A stretch of DNA of 32,000 nt, from NCBI RefSeq assembly GCF_000195755.1, contig NC_002937.3:2730001-2762000 (forward strand), given 5' to 3'. Positions 1 to 7,932 of the stretch are shown here, piece after piece. The notes under the pieces are model-generated. The model made no database searches. It was given only the letters and a program-made list of their open reading frames with translations, and was not told the DNA's origin. The DNA comes from Nitratidesulfovibrio vulgaris str. Hildenborough (GTDB lineage Bacteria; Desulfobacterota; Desulfovibrionia; Desulfovibrionales; Desulfovibrionaceae). A program made the translations under genes and the position numbers. Each line of letters opens with the position of its first letter. Position 1 is the stretch's first letter.

Positions 1-860
1 AGCATCTGGCAGCCGAAGACATAGGGCCCCATGGCACGCCTTTTTTCGGCGAGGGCGTCGGGCGAGAGCAGAAGCGGCCTGCCCTCCGCCGTACCGTCTT
101 CCGTGGCGGGATGCACGCGTGGTACGGCCGCCTCGCGCTCCAGAATGGCGCGATAGGTGTCGTTGAAATGGTAGCGGGTGCCGATGATACGGCGTCTGCC
201 GCCCCGCGCTCCGAGGTTGAGCGAAAGGGCCCAGCATTCCGTCACCTTGGCGATCATCTCGGGCGAAGAGACCGACTCGCGGGTGACAACGTCATCATAG
301 ACCAGCAGGCTGAAGTGCTTCCCGGTGGGCTGACCGTCCACCAGTCCCCACGCCTCCACGGTGGCCTCCTTGGGGTTGGCGCGCCGCCGCACCACGATGC
401 CCTTGTCCAGAGACCAGACCGGAGCCTGCGTCCGGGGCGAGTCCCACAGCACATCGGGATAGCAGCGACGCAGCCATACGTTGCGCTCGAACTCGAGCTT
501 GATCTGATTGAGGAAGTCCTTCGCCACAGGGCGGCTGTGGGAGAAGATGCCCACCGTCACTTCCGGGTCCAGAAGGATGTCACGGATGGTCTGACCGAAC
601 GTGATGATGGTGGACTTGTAGTGCTCGCGGGCCCACAGGTCCAGACGACCGTCCGGGGCCGCCTGCACTTCGGCACAACGCTCGAAGGCCCAGTCGTTAT
701 CCATGTCGTCACGCCCGAGAAGGCGTGTCAGCAAGAAGAACAGGTCGCGCCGCCCAAGTTCGGCCATGACGCCGGCAAGCCCCTGTTCACCCTGCGCCCT
801 TCCCTCGGCCATGAGGTCGTCGTACATCTCCCGTGCACGACGACGCGCCTTTTCCGGCAT
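1..860 (-). CDS. terL: phage terminase large subunit, N-terminal (ATPase) part; 3' end lies beyond the left window edge
   Basis: Absent from the ORF track because it has no stop inside the window. Manual reverse-complement translation from the ATG at 860-858 (AAGGAG 5 nt upstream) gives an uninterrupted frame of about 286 codons: MPEKARRRAREMYDDL...DLWAREHYKSTIITFGQ...FSLLVYDDVV...IIGTRYHFNDTY...GPYVFGCQM. It has a Walker-A-like REHYKST and a Walker-B-like LLVYDD, as in large-terminase ATPase domains. The 111..992 plus-strand ORF is its antisense shadow. Confidence 0.8.
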   Translation of the reverse strand, partial: MPEKARRRAREMYDDLMAEGRAQGEQGLAGVMAELGRRDLFFLLTRLLGRDDMDNDWAFERCAEVQAAPDGRLDLWAREHYKSTIITFGQTIRDILLDPEVTVGIFSHSRPVAKDFLNQIKLEFERNVWLRRCYPDVLWDSPRTQAPVWSLDKGIVVRRRANPKEATVEAWGLVDGQPTGKHFSLLVYDDVVTRESVSSPEMIAKVTECWALSLNLGARGGRRRIIGTRYHFNDTYRAILEREAAVPRVHPATEDGTAEGRPLLLSPDALAEKRRAMGPYVFGCQM

Positions 861-1335
861 GTCATCTCCTTCAACGCCGTAACAGCGGCGACCATGCGCG
901 GTGGCACTGCGAGGCCTTCGCCCCGCATGAACCGACCGTGCGTCCGACGTGGTGCTACCCCGGGTGATCATGAACAGAAGGTGAAAGGATGACCGGAAGT
1001 GTATGGGAGAGGTATCCCGCCACGATGGAACGGGGGTGGACAGCAACAGGGCAAGGGCCCCGCGCCGGGACACATGACCGACATCACCGGGCACGCAGGC
1101 CCCGAAGACGAATCGCACGAGGACCTGCCGCCAATGGGCCTGACGAGGATGAGCCTATCTGACGCCGGGGCATGCGACCTGAAACGCGAGGGCCCCGGAC
1201 GCACCCCGCCGGAGATGGATGGCGGCCCCTTCCCATCTACCGGCGAGACCTCACGTATTTCCCCCGCGCACGTCTTGTAAGACGCCCCGACCTTTGCTAT
1301 CTGTCTTGAAACTTTCTAGAGCCGCTCTCGCAGCA

Positions 1336-1350
1336 AGGCACCGGGTGCCT
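1336..1350. promoter_or_regulatory. perfect palindrome AGGCACC-G-GGTGCCT about 30 bp upstream of the PA2779-like gene (operator or 5'-UTR hairpin candidate)
   Basis: Read directly: aggcacc g ggtgcct, 7-bp arms. The position relative to the 1378 start suggests a leader or operator role. No known motif assigned. Confidence 0.25.
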
Positions 1351-1377
1351 CGCGTAACGCGGTGAATCCCCCCCGCC

Positions 1378-1785
1378 ATGGAGGAGTACATGTTCATGAT
1401 CCAGAACTGGCGTATGTTGCGCCACATCGCTATGGTCATGGTGGCCGTCATGGGCCTGCTCAGCTTCGTACCCCGCGTGGAGGCCGCGTTCGTGCCCAAC
1501 GCCGGGATGATGGCCGAACAGCGCACCGCCGACGTCGACACCATCCAGAAGGCACTCGAGAACAAGATGGTGGCCGAACGCCTGCAGGCCCTCGGCTACA
1601 GTGCCGATGAAGTCAACCAGCGCCTTGCCATGCTCTCCGACGACGAAGTCCACAGCGTCGCCAAGCAGATAGACGCCCTCAATCCCGGCGGCGACGGCGT
1701 GGGTATCGTCATCGCCATCCTCGTCGTGGTTCTTCTGGTCGTGCTCATCCTGCACTTCTCCGACCGCCGCGTGGTCATCCAGTAA
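1378..1785 (+). CDS. PA2779-family small envelope protein (signal peptide, helical domain, C-terminal TM anchor)
   Basis: GGAGGAG overlaps 1379-1385; alternative ATGs at 1390 and 1396 may be the true start. Signal-like MLRHIAMVMVAVMGLLSFVPRVEA is followed by ...LENKMVAERLQALGYSADEVNQRLAMLSDDEV...NPGGDG and a hydrophobic tail VGIVIAILVVVLLVVLILHF. The pattern and the adjacency to a C39-like peptidase match my recollection of the PA2779 / PA2778 gene pair. Confidence 0.75.
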   Translation: MEEYMFMIQNWRMLRHIAMVMVAVMGLLSFVPRVEAAFVPNAGMMAEQRTADVDTIQKALENKMVAERLQALGYSADEVNQRLAMLSDDEVHSVAKQIDALNPGGDGVGIVIAILVVVLLVVLILHFSDRRVVIQ

Positions 1786-1796
1786 GAGTCTCCTCC

Positions 1797-1822
1797 CCTC
1801 TGCGGGCCCCGGCCCGCAGAGG
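1797..1822 (+). terminator. GC-rich intercistronic hairpin (partial terminator / attenuator candidate)
   Basis: cctctgcggg-ccccgg-cccgcagagg, a perfect 10-12 bp stem 12 nt after the stop at 1785. The downstream tract gtgctttgc is only weakly U-rich. Confidence 0.4.
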
Positions 1823-1831
1823 GTGCTTTGC

Positions 1832-2398
1832 ATGACGACACACACTCTCCACGGCCTCCGGGCCCTCATATCCGGCCTTCTCTGCTGCCTTCTGGCCACG
1901 GGTTGCATGCCCGGGCCAAGACTGCCCGCGCCCGACTTGCATCGCCCTGCGACGTCACACCTCATCGAGGGGCTCCCCTTCCATCCGCAAGAGACCTACC
2001 AGTGCGGTCCGGCGTCGCTGGCTGGCGTCATGAACCACCTCGGCTACGAGGTCGCACCCGACACCATCGCCGACGCCATCTTCCGCAAGGACCTGCACGG
2101 CACACTCTCTCTCGACCTTGCCCTCTATCCGCGCACGGTGGGCCTCAAGAGTCGCTTCTACGAGGGAAGCGTTGCAGACCTCATGGCTGCCGTCGATGCC
2201 GACATCCCCCTTGTGGTCATGGTCGACAACGGCGTAGGGCCGGTGAGCAGCTATCATTTCATGGTCGTGGCGGGCTATGCCCCCGACGCCGTCATCGTCA
2301 ATTCCGGGCGCACCCGGGGGCAGCGTCTGCCATGGAGCGATTTCATCCCCACATGGGACAGGGCGGGCCGCTGGACGCTACGGGTCGAACGCCCCTGA
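1832..2398 (+). CDS. C39-like (PA2778-family) cysteine peptidase, predicted lipoprotein
   Basis: The ORF opens at GTG 1823; ATG 1832 gives MTTHTLHGLRALISGLLCCLLATGC, a signal with a lipobox-like ATGC. The catalytic-type motif is ETYQCGPASLAGVMNHLG (Cys codon 2003-2005), with a downstream His in SSYHFMVVAGY, as in papain-like C39 peptidase domains. Confidence 0.75.
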   Translation: MTTHTLHGLRALISGLLCCLLATGCMPGPRLPAPDLHRPATSHLIEGLPFHPQETYQCGPASLAGVMNHLGYEVAPDTIADAIFRKDLHGTLSLDLALYPRTVGLKSRFYEGSVADLMAAVDADIPLVVMVDNGVGPVSSYHFMVVAGYAPDAVIVNSGRTRGQRLPWSDFIPTWDRAGRWTLRVERP

Positions 2399-2484
2399 CA
2401 GCGCGACCATACCCGACAGGCCTTTGCGCCTGTTGCAAGACATCCCGCAGCAACGATACACTTCCGTGGACAGTGCACAGCGCC

Positions 2485-2499
2485 TGGCACTGGCAGTGC
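2485..2499 (+). promoter_or_regulatory. sigma54-like -24/-12 element TGGCAC-N5-gTGC (also an inverted repeat GGCAC-N5-GTGCC)
   Basis: ctGGCACtggcagTGCc has GG and GC at consensus spacing. It lies about 110 bp upstream of the TPR lipoprotein start at 2611. There is one mismatch to TTGC and no enhancer-binding protein gene nearby. Confidence 0.25.
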
Positions 2500-2610
2500 C
2501 ATCACCCGCGCCAGTGCCCATGTCATCTTCAGCATACCCCGATGCCGCGCGACTGGTCCGCTGACGGGGCGCACGTCCGCCGCATCCCCAGCCTCACAGC
2601 AAGGAGCACC

Positions 2611-3090
2611 ATGCACAACGCCGCTTCACTCCGCCGTCTGCCACGTCCGATGCCCCTCCTCCTGCTGGTCGCCATGCTGACCGTCATGCTCGGCGGCTGC
2701 GCCCTGCCCCGCGTGGGGGTGTACAAAGACCCCCTCACCGCCGAAGAACACCTCAAACTCGGCCTCGCCTATGAGCAGAAGGGAGAGACCGACCTTGCCC
2801 GCCGGGAATACACCGAAGCGGCACGAGACGTTCCGCAGGGGCATCTGTATCTCGCCAATCTGCTGTTCTCCAGGGGTGAGACGCGCGAAGCCGAGGCTCA
2901 CTACCGCAAGGCCCTTGCCGGGCTGCCCGACGACCCCACCGTGTGCAACAACCTCGCGTGGTTGCTCTTACAGGAGAATCGATCTCTGGACGAAGCCGAA
3001 CGCCTTGCGCAAAGGGCCGTCGAACACGCCACGCCCGAACAGCGCAGCAGCTTCGAGGATACCCTGAAGCGTATCCGTGCAGCACGCTAG
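2611..3090 (+). CDS. TPR-repeat lipoprotein
   Basis: AAGGAG at 2601-2606 precedes ATG 2611. Signal plus lipobox: MHNAASLRRLPRPMPLLLLVAMLTVMLGGC. TPR-like repeats follow (EEHLKLGLAYEQKGETDLARREYTEA..., AEAHYRKALAGLPDDPTVCNNLAWLL). This is only the 3' third of track ORF 1828..3090; the rest of that ORF is an Arg/Pro-rich out-of-frame shadow of the peptidase gene. Confidence 0.8.
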   Translation: MHNAASLRRLPRPMPLLLLVAMLTVMLGGCALPRVGVYKDPLTAEEHLKLGLAYEQKGETDLARREYTEAARDVPQGHLYLANLLFSRGETREAEAHYRKALAGLPDDPTVCNNLAWLLLQENRSLDEAERLAQRAVEHATPEQRSSFEDTLKRIRAAR

Positions 3091-3692
3091 GGCCGTGCAC
3101 CAGGGCCGTACGCCAGTGCGGGGTGCCAGTGCAGGGTGCGCCTTGTGCCTGAGACAGACCGCCCCCCCACCCCATGTGCCGGCAGCGACACGTCGTACAG
3201 GCACCTGTGCACCGGGAACCCGATGCGAACAGGAACCGCAGCATCGGCAGGCACGCCCTCTGTAAGGCAACCTGGAGGGATTGTTCGCGTTCGTGTGTTG
3301 CGTGCGTGGCAGGCGTCTCCTGACGCGCTTCCCGCATCACGTGGCAGCCATGCGCACCTCCCGGACATGTTCCGGCGACCTGATGTCTCGTGGGCATCGT
3401 GGGGGCGGCTATGCCATCTGTGGCTCTCGCGCCCCGACCTGCGGGTATGCCATCCGATTGCATATGGGATGACAGGCTGCCGCCACGCATCATCAAGCGC
3501 CTGCTGCCATCCGCAGACAGCTGCGGCAGATGCCATGGCATACATCGCCCCCTCCCATGCCTCCCACCACTGCTGCAATCGTCTGGCCTCTGCCATGCAG
3601 TATCCAGTGTCGGTACAACATATCATAGCCCCTCACGGCTTCTTCACCATAGGATTCGCGGAACGGCATCGCACATCGGTCAGGAGGAGAGA

Positions 3693-4541
3693 ATGCCCGC
3701 CAGAATACGCGTACCTCGGTGGGTTTCGGTGCTCGCGCTGGCAGTCGGCGGCATGAGCCTGCTTTTCGTGACTTCAGCACTGCTTCCCCTGCTCCATACA
3801 GACCAGTCCGAATCATGGCGCGACACCATCCGTATCGGGTATGCCATTGAGCCTCCCTATGCCTTCGTGAACAAGAATGGCAACGTGACAGGCGAATCTC
3901 CCGAACTGGCGCGCATCGTGGCCCGCAGAGCGGGTGTCCGCTCTACCCGCTTCGTCCTGTGCGATTTCAACAGGCTCATCGATGCGCTCGTCGCAGGCGA
4001 AATAGACGTTATCGCCTCCGGCATGTTCATCACCCCGAAGCGCATAAAGCGCATCGCCTTCTCACAGCCCACCACCACGGTTCACCCGGGGCTTCTGGTA
4101 CAGCGCGGCAACCCGCACAAGATAGACGGCTACGGGGCATTCAAAGCTGGTTCGGGGGTGAGGGTGGCGGTACTGAACGGCTCCGTCGAACAGGGCTATC
4201 TGCTGGCATCCGGGGCCTCATCTTCCGCCATGGTCATCGTGCAGACACCTCAAGAGGCGCTCACCGCGCTACACGACAACGCCATACAGGCAATCGCCCT
4301 CTCTGCGCCGACCGTGAGCTTCATGGTCGCGTCATCTCCATCCGAGTTCGAAGCCATTGCGGGGTTCACCCCCGGAGAGGCCCCACCCGAGGAGCACTGC
4401 GCGTTCGGGTTCCGCCTCGATGACACATCATTGAGGCAGGCCTTCGATGCAGCACTTGCCGGGTATCTGGGGACGCAAGAGCACATCGAAATGATATCGC
4501 GTTTCGGATTCGACAGATCAGCCGTACCCCAGACGCGATAA
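3693..4541 (+). CDS. periplasmic solute-binding protein, family 3 (amino-acid/polar-ligand SBP fold), membrane-anchored or secreted
   Basis: AGGAGG at 3682-3687 precedes ATG 3693. The N-terminal hydrophobic segment is VSVLALAVGGMSLLFVTSALLPLL. Typical SBP_bac_3 strings follow: IRIGYAIEPPYAFVNKNGNVTGESPELARIVA...LIDALVAGEIDVIASGMFITPKRIKRIAFSQP. The upstream 3390-3692 part of the track ORF is not supported. Confidence 0.8.
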   Translation: MPARIRVPRWVSVLALAVGGMSLLFVTSALLPLLHTDQSESWRDTIRIGYAIEPPYAFVNKNGNVTGESPELARIVARRAGVRSTRFVLCDFNRLIDALVAGEIDVIASGMFITPKRIKRIAFSQPTTTVHPGLLVQRGNPHKIDGYGAFKAGSGVRVAVLNGSVEQGYLLASGASSSAMVIVQTPQEALTALHDNAIQAIALSAPTVSFMVASSPSEFEAIAGFTPGEAPPEEHCAFGFRLDDTSLRQAFDAALAGYLGTQEHIEMISRFGFDRSAVPQTR

Positions 4542-4558
4542 ACCACCGGGAAAAAAAG

Positions 4559-7500
4559 ATGGCACACCCTGTAGCCATACTCAGCGGCAAGAAACGCAAC
4601 ATGGGGCTCGGTATCGCCCTCTTCGCCGTGACCGCCTGCATCATGGCGTGGCTCAGCGGCTCGTGGTACCTGACACTGCAACAGTATGCGCCGCTGTCAC
4701 AGGACATGCGTCTGGCATGGTCCGACCTCTACCGGGGCCAGATGGAGGCTGAACGCCTTCTCGCCGGAGAATCCGGCGGGCGTCCGGGCGCTCAGACCGC
4801 CTATTTCAGGCAGGCTGCCGAACGTATCCAGGACGCCGTAAGAATACTGCGGACGAGGAGCGCACTCTTCTCTCTCGACACAGGCCTCATACAGACGAAG
4901 GACGATGCCCTCGCGTTCGTCGATGCCATCAACGAAGTCAGCACCGCCACGTACGCGCGCATCCGTGACGCATCGACTCCGAACACGATGCGCATCATCT
5001 CGCAACGCAACGACTTCGATGCACTCCATGTCAATTACGAGAAGCTCCAGAGAAGCTTCGACAAGGCGTTCGACAGCCGGGCCCAACGCCTGATGCAGTC
5101 CGGAATAGGGCTCATGTCGCTCTGGATAGTCGTTGTGATGTTCCTCGGGTTCCAGTTGCACGGGCTTGCTGAACGGTTCAGGTCTGCAGCCGAACAACTT
5201 CGGGAAAGTGAAGAACGCTGGAACTTCGCGCTCGAAGGGGCGGGAGATGGAGTATGGGACTGGAATCTGGCGAAGGGAACCCTCTTTCTTTCCCGAAAAT
5301 GGAAAGAGATGCTCGGCTTCAATGACGACGAACTGGTCAACGACTTCGAGACGTGGCGATCCCTTGCCCACCCTGAAGACATCGATACGGCACTAGCGAC
5401 GATCAACAGGTGCCTCTCTGGAGGCACAGACCAGTATGAACACGTATACCGCATGTTGCGCAAGGACGGGACGGCATGCTGGATACTCGACAGAGGCAGG
5501 GTCGTCGCTCGTGACGCGGAGGGCAACCCTGTCCGGTTCATAGGCACACACACCGACATCACGGCCCAGAAACTCTCGGAAGAGTCTGCGCGTGCCAGCG
5601 GCGAAAACCTTGCCGTGACACTCTCGTCGATCGGCGACGCCGTCATCGCGACCGACAGGGACGGACGAGTGACCCTGATGAACCCGGTCGCCGAAAAGCT
5701 CACGGGCTGGACACAATCCAGCGCCATCGGGAAGCCCGTCTCCGCGGTCTTCGTCATCATCTCCGCCACGACGAAGCAATCTCTCCCTTCTCCGGTGGAG
5801 GAAGTACTCCGGACAGGTCGAACAGTCTCCCTGTCCAACGACACCACCCTGGTCTCGCGCAGCGGACGCGAATTCCAGATTGCCGACAGTGCCGCCCCCA
5901 TCCACGATGCTTCCGGCGAGATGTCAGGCGTCGTGATGGTGTTCACCGATGTGACCCAGCAATACCGTTTCAAACGCAAACTCGCCGAGAGCGAGCACAG
6001 GTTCAGGACGGCGCTCGATGAAGCCCCCTTTCCCGTGCTCCTGCATGATGCCCGGGGCGATGTACTCATGCTCAACAGGCAGTGGAGCCTTCTGACGGGG
6101 TATGAACCTTCGCAAGTGCCGACCATCCATCGATGGAAAGATCTTTCAGACCCCGAAATCGACCCGGAGAGCCGTTTTTCAGGGCAAGCACGCAGCACGG
6201 ACGGAGAGCAGAACATCCGGTGCAGTGACGGCACGCTACGCACATGGAACGTGAGCATGATCGAACTCGGCGCCATGCCGGATGGCAGGCACATCACCAT
6301 GCTCGCCGCAGTGGATGTGACGGTCCAGTCCGAGACCATGCGGGCGCTGCAACGCTCCAAGAAAGCGGCAGAGTCTGCGAACGCGGCGAAAACAGAGTTC
6401 CTCGCCAACATGAGCCATGAGATTCGAACGCCGCTCAACGGCATCATGGGCATGATGCAGCTTCTCGTGAGCACCCCCCTCGATGACGAGCAGAAACAGT
6501 ATGTCTCCAACGCCATATCCTCGTCCGGCAGGCTCAGCCAGCTTCTCTCGGATGTGCTGGACCTTTCGCGGATTGAAGCGGGGGGGCTCGTGCTGCGCGA
6601 TGAATGCGTGACACCCTCCGAACTTCTCGACGCCATCAAGGACCTCTTCACCCTCGGCACGCGGTCGAGTCAGGTGGAACTCGCTCTCGAAATCTCTCCC
6701 GGTCTTCCACAGCACATCCTTCTGGATGGCGGGCGACTGCGCCAGATTCTCTTCAACCTCGTGGGTAACGCGCTCAAATTCACAGAGAAAGGCCACATAC
6801 ATGTACGACTCGACGAGCTTGCCATCCACGGGGGCATGCGCCAGTTGCTCCTCATATCCGTAGAAGACACCGGCATCGGGATTCCGCAGGGGGCGATGCG
6901 CGACATCTTCAACCCCTTCTATCAGGTGGACGGCAGCCACGTGCGCCGTCAGGGCGGGGTAGGACTGGGACTCTCCATCGTACGCCGTCTGGTCATTGCC
7001 ATGGGAGGGGCACTGTGCATTGACAGTGCCGAAGGCGAGGGAACACGCATCCACCTGTCGCTGCCCTTCCGCACCTGCGCCCCGGATTCAGGCGACAAGC
7101 CCGAAACGTCCGGCGAGACACCGGAGGCAGGTCTCCCCATGGCGCTTGGGGACCCAGCCGCGCTGCACGGCCTGAACCTGCTGCTTGTCGAGGATGACCC
7201 CGTCAACCAGCTGGCGACTGCGGGCCTTCTCCGCAAATCGGGTGCGCGCGTCACCATCGCCGCGAACGGACAGGAAGGATTGGCTGCAGCGCTGTCGGAC
7301 AGCTTCGACTGCATCATCATGGATGTGCAGATGCCCATCATGGACGGTATAGAGGCCACACAACGGCTCAGAAGCGATGGCCGCTATACCGCAAGGGCCG
7401 CAACGCCCGTAGTGGCGATGACTGCGCATGCGCTGGAAGGGGACAGGGAGATGTGCCTGGCAAGCGGCATGGATACCTACGTCACCAAACCGGCGACACT

Positions 7501-7561
7501 CGAGAGTCTTGCGCAGGCGATAGCCTCTTCCATACGCTTGCGTACCCGGAGAGGGCCCTGA
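4559..7561 (+). CDS. hybrid sensor histidine kinase: 2 TM + periplasmic region, three PAS domains, HisKA, HATPase_c, C-terminal receiver
   Basis: TM helices are near aa 15-35 and 183-203. PAS-like blocks are ERWNFALEGAGDGVWDWNL..., ENLAVTLSSIGDAVIATDRDGRV... and HRFRTALDEAPFPVLLHD.... The H-box is FLANMSHEIRTPLNG (His codon 6416-6418). N/G boxes are FNLVGNALKFT and DTGIGI...GGVGLGLSI. The receiver is LLLVEDDPVNQ...DCIIMDVQMPIMDG (Asp codon 7332-7334)...VVAMTAHA. It starts 18 nt after the SBP stop. Confidence 0.9.
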   Translation: MAHPVAILSGKKRNMGLGIALFAVTACIMAWLSGSWYLTLQQYAPLSQDMRLAWSDLYRGQMEAERLLAGESGGRPGAQTAYFRQAAERIQDAVRILRTRSALFSLDTGLIQTKDDALAFVDAINEVSTATYARIRDASTPNTMRIISQRNDFDALHVNYEKLQRSFDKAFDSRAQRLMQSGIGLMSLWIVVVMFLGFQLHGLAERFRSAAEQLRESEERWNFALEGAGDGVWDWNLAKGTLFLSRKWKEMLGFNDDELVNDFETWRSLAHPEDIDTALATINRCLSGGTDQYEHVYRMLRKDGTACWILDRGRVVARDAEGNPVRFIGTHTDITAQKLSEESARASGENLAVTLSSIGDAVIATDRDGRVTLMNPVAEKLTGWTQSSAIGKPVSAVFVIISATTKQSLPSPVEEVLRTGRTVSLSNDTTLVSRSGREFQIADSAAPIHDASGEMSGVVMVFTDVTQQYRFKRKLAESEHRFRTALDEAPFPVLLHDARGDVLMLNRQWSLLTGYEPSQVPTIHRWKDLSDPEIDPESRFSGQARSTDGEQNIRCSDGTLRTWNVSMIELGAMPDGRHITMLAAVDVTVQSETMRALQRSKKAAESANAAKTEFLANMSHEIRTPLNGIMGMMQLLVSTPLDDEQKQYVSNAISSSGRLSQLLSDVLDLSRIEAGGLVLRDECVTPSELLDAIKDLFTLGTRSSQVELALEISPGLPQHILLDGGRLRQILFNLVGNALKFTEKGHIHVRLDELAIHGGMRQLLLISVEDTGIGIPQGAMRDIFNPFYQVDGSHVRRQGGVGLGLSIVRRLVIAMGGALCIDSAEGEGTRIHLSLPFRTCAPDSGDKPETSGETPEAGLPMALGDPAALHGLNLLLVEDDPVNQLATAGLLRKSGARVTIAANGQEGLAAALSDSFDCIIMDVQMPIMDGIEATQRLRSDGRYTARAATPVVAMTAHALEGDREMCLASGMDTYVTKPATLESLAQAIASSIRLRTRRGP

Positions 7562-7717
7562 GGCACGCCCAGTCCCCCCGCACCTGAAACAGCCCCGACT
7601 GCGGCACTGCACCCTTTGCCGACGCTCACACGAACGCCATCGTGGAAGCTGCGAAGGGGGCAGACGGCGTCGCACTCCGGGCAACGTCGCCCGCTGACGG
7701 CCCCCCCTTTCTCATGC

Positions 7718-7744
7718 TTGACAACAGGGCACGGGGGGCGTAAT
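7718..7744 (+). promoter_or_regulatory. sigma70-type promoter candidate for the riboswitch leader (TTGACA-N15-CGTAAT)
   Basis: A perfect -35 TTGACA lies at 7718-7723 and a 4/6 -10 (cgTAAT) at 7739-7744. The predicted start is a few nt before the conserved riboswitch 5' end at about 7756. Confidence 0.35.
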
Positions 7745-7755
7745 CGCCCATTCAC

Positions 7756-7857
7756 GCAAGGGGAGTAGCTAGCCCAGGCAACGTCAACAGCCTGACGGGA
7801 GACCGTCTGGCGTTGCCGTCGTAAGAATCCCGATTCTGACGATTAGCGAGACCTTCA
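7756..7857 (+). promoter_or_regulatory. yybP-ykoY (manganese) riboswitch aptamer
   Basis: The two hallmark conserved segments are present in the right order and spacing. The 5' segment is AAGGGGAGUAGC (7758-7769). The 3' segment is AUUAGCGAGACCUU (7842-7855). AAGG/CCUU closes a P1-like helix. Internal helices are GGCAACG...CGUUGCC, a GACGG-GAGA-CCGUC hairpin and a GAAUC...GAUUC hairpin next to a UGACGA element. Comparison is from memory with the L. lactis and E. coli members. Confidence 0.75.
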
Positions 7858-7891
7858 TGGCAGCAATGCCGGAGGTCTCGCTTTATTTTTT
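7846..7891 (+). terminator. intrinsic terminator forming the riboswitch expression platform
   Basis: GCGAGACCU (7846-7854) pairs with AGGUCUCGC (7873-7881), followed by UUUAUUUUUU (7882-7891). The 5' arm overlaps the conserved GAGACC of the aptamer, so aptamer folding and terminator folding are mutually exclusive (ON-switch logic). Confidence 0.8.
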
Positions 7892-7932
7892 GCGTGCGGG
7901 CCTCCGGAAGACTCACTTTCAGGAGTGGCGAA

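Noticed and set aside
111-992. 293-aa plus-strand ORF at the left end
   Set aside because: It is the antisense shadow of the terminase large-subunit frame on the minus strand. Its translation is Arg/Gly/Pro/His-rich with no recognisable motifs, whereas the minus-strand frame has clear terminase motifs and an RBS.
1828-2610. 5' two-thirds of the 420-aa ORF 1828..3090
   Set aside because: It is out of frame with, and overlaps, the well-supported C39-like peptidase gene, and it is extremely Arg/Pro/His-rich. Only the part from ATG 2611, which has its own AAGGAG and lipoprotein signal, is credible.
3087-3756. ORFs 3087..3626 (minus), 3136..3756 (plus) and the 5' extension 3390..3692 of the SBP ORF
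   Set aside because: Composition is Arg/Cys/His/Pro-rich, there is no RBS and no recognisable domain. I treat the interval as a long leader. It remains possible that a decayed gene lies here.
5035-6660. 541-aa minus-strand ORF
   Set aside because: It is entirely antisense to the PAS/HisKA region of the hybrid kinase. The Ser/Arg-rich translation is typical of a GC-rich shadow frame.
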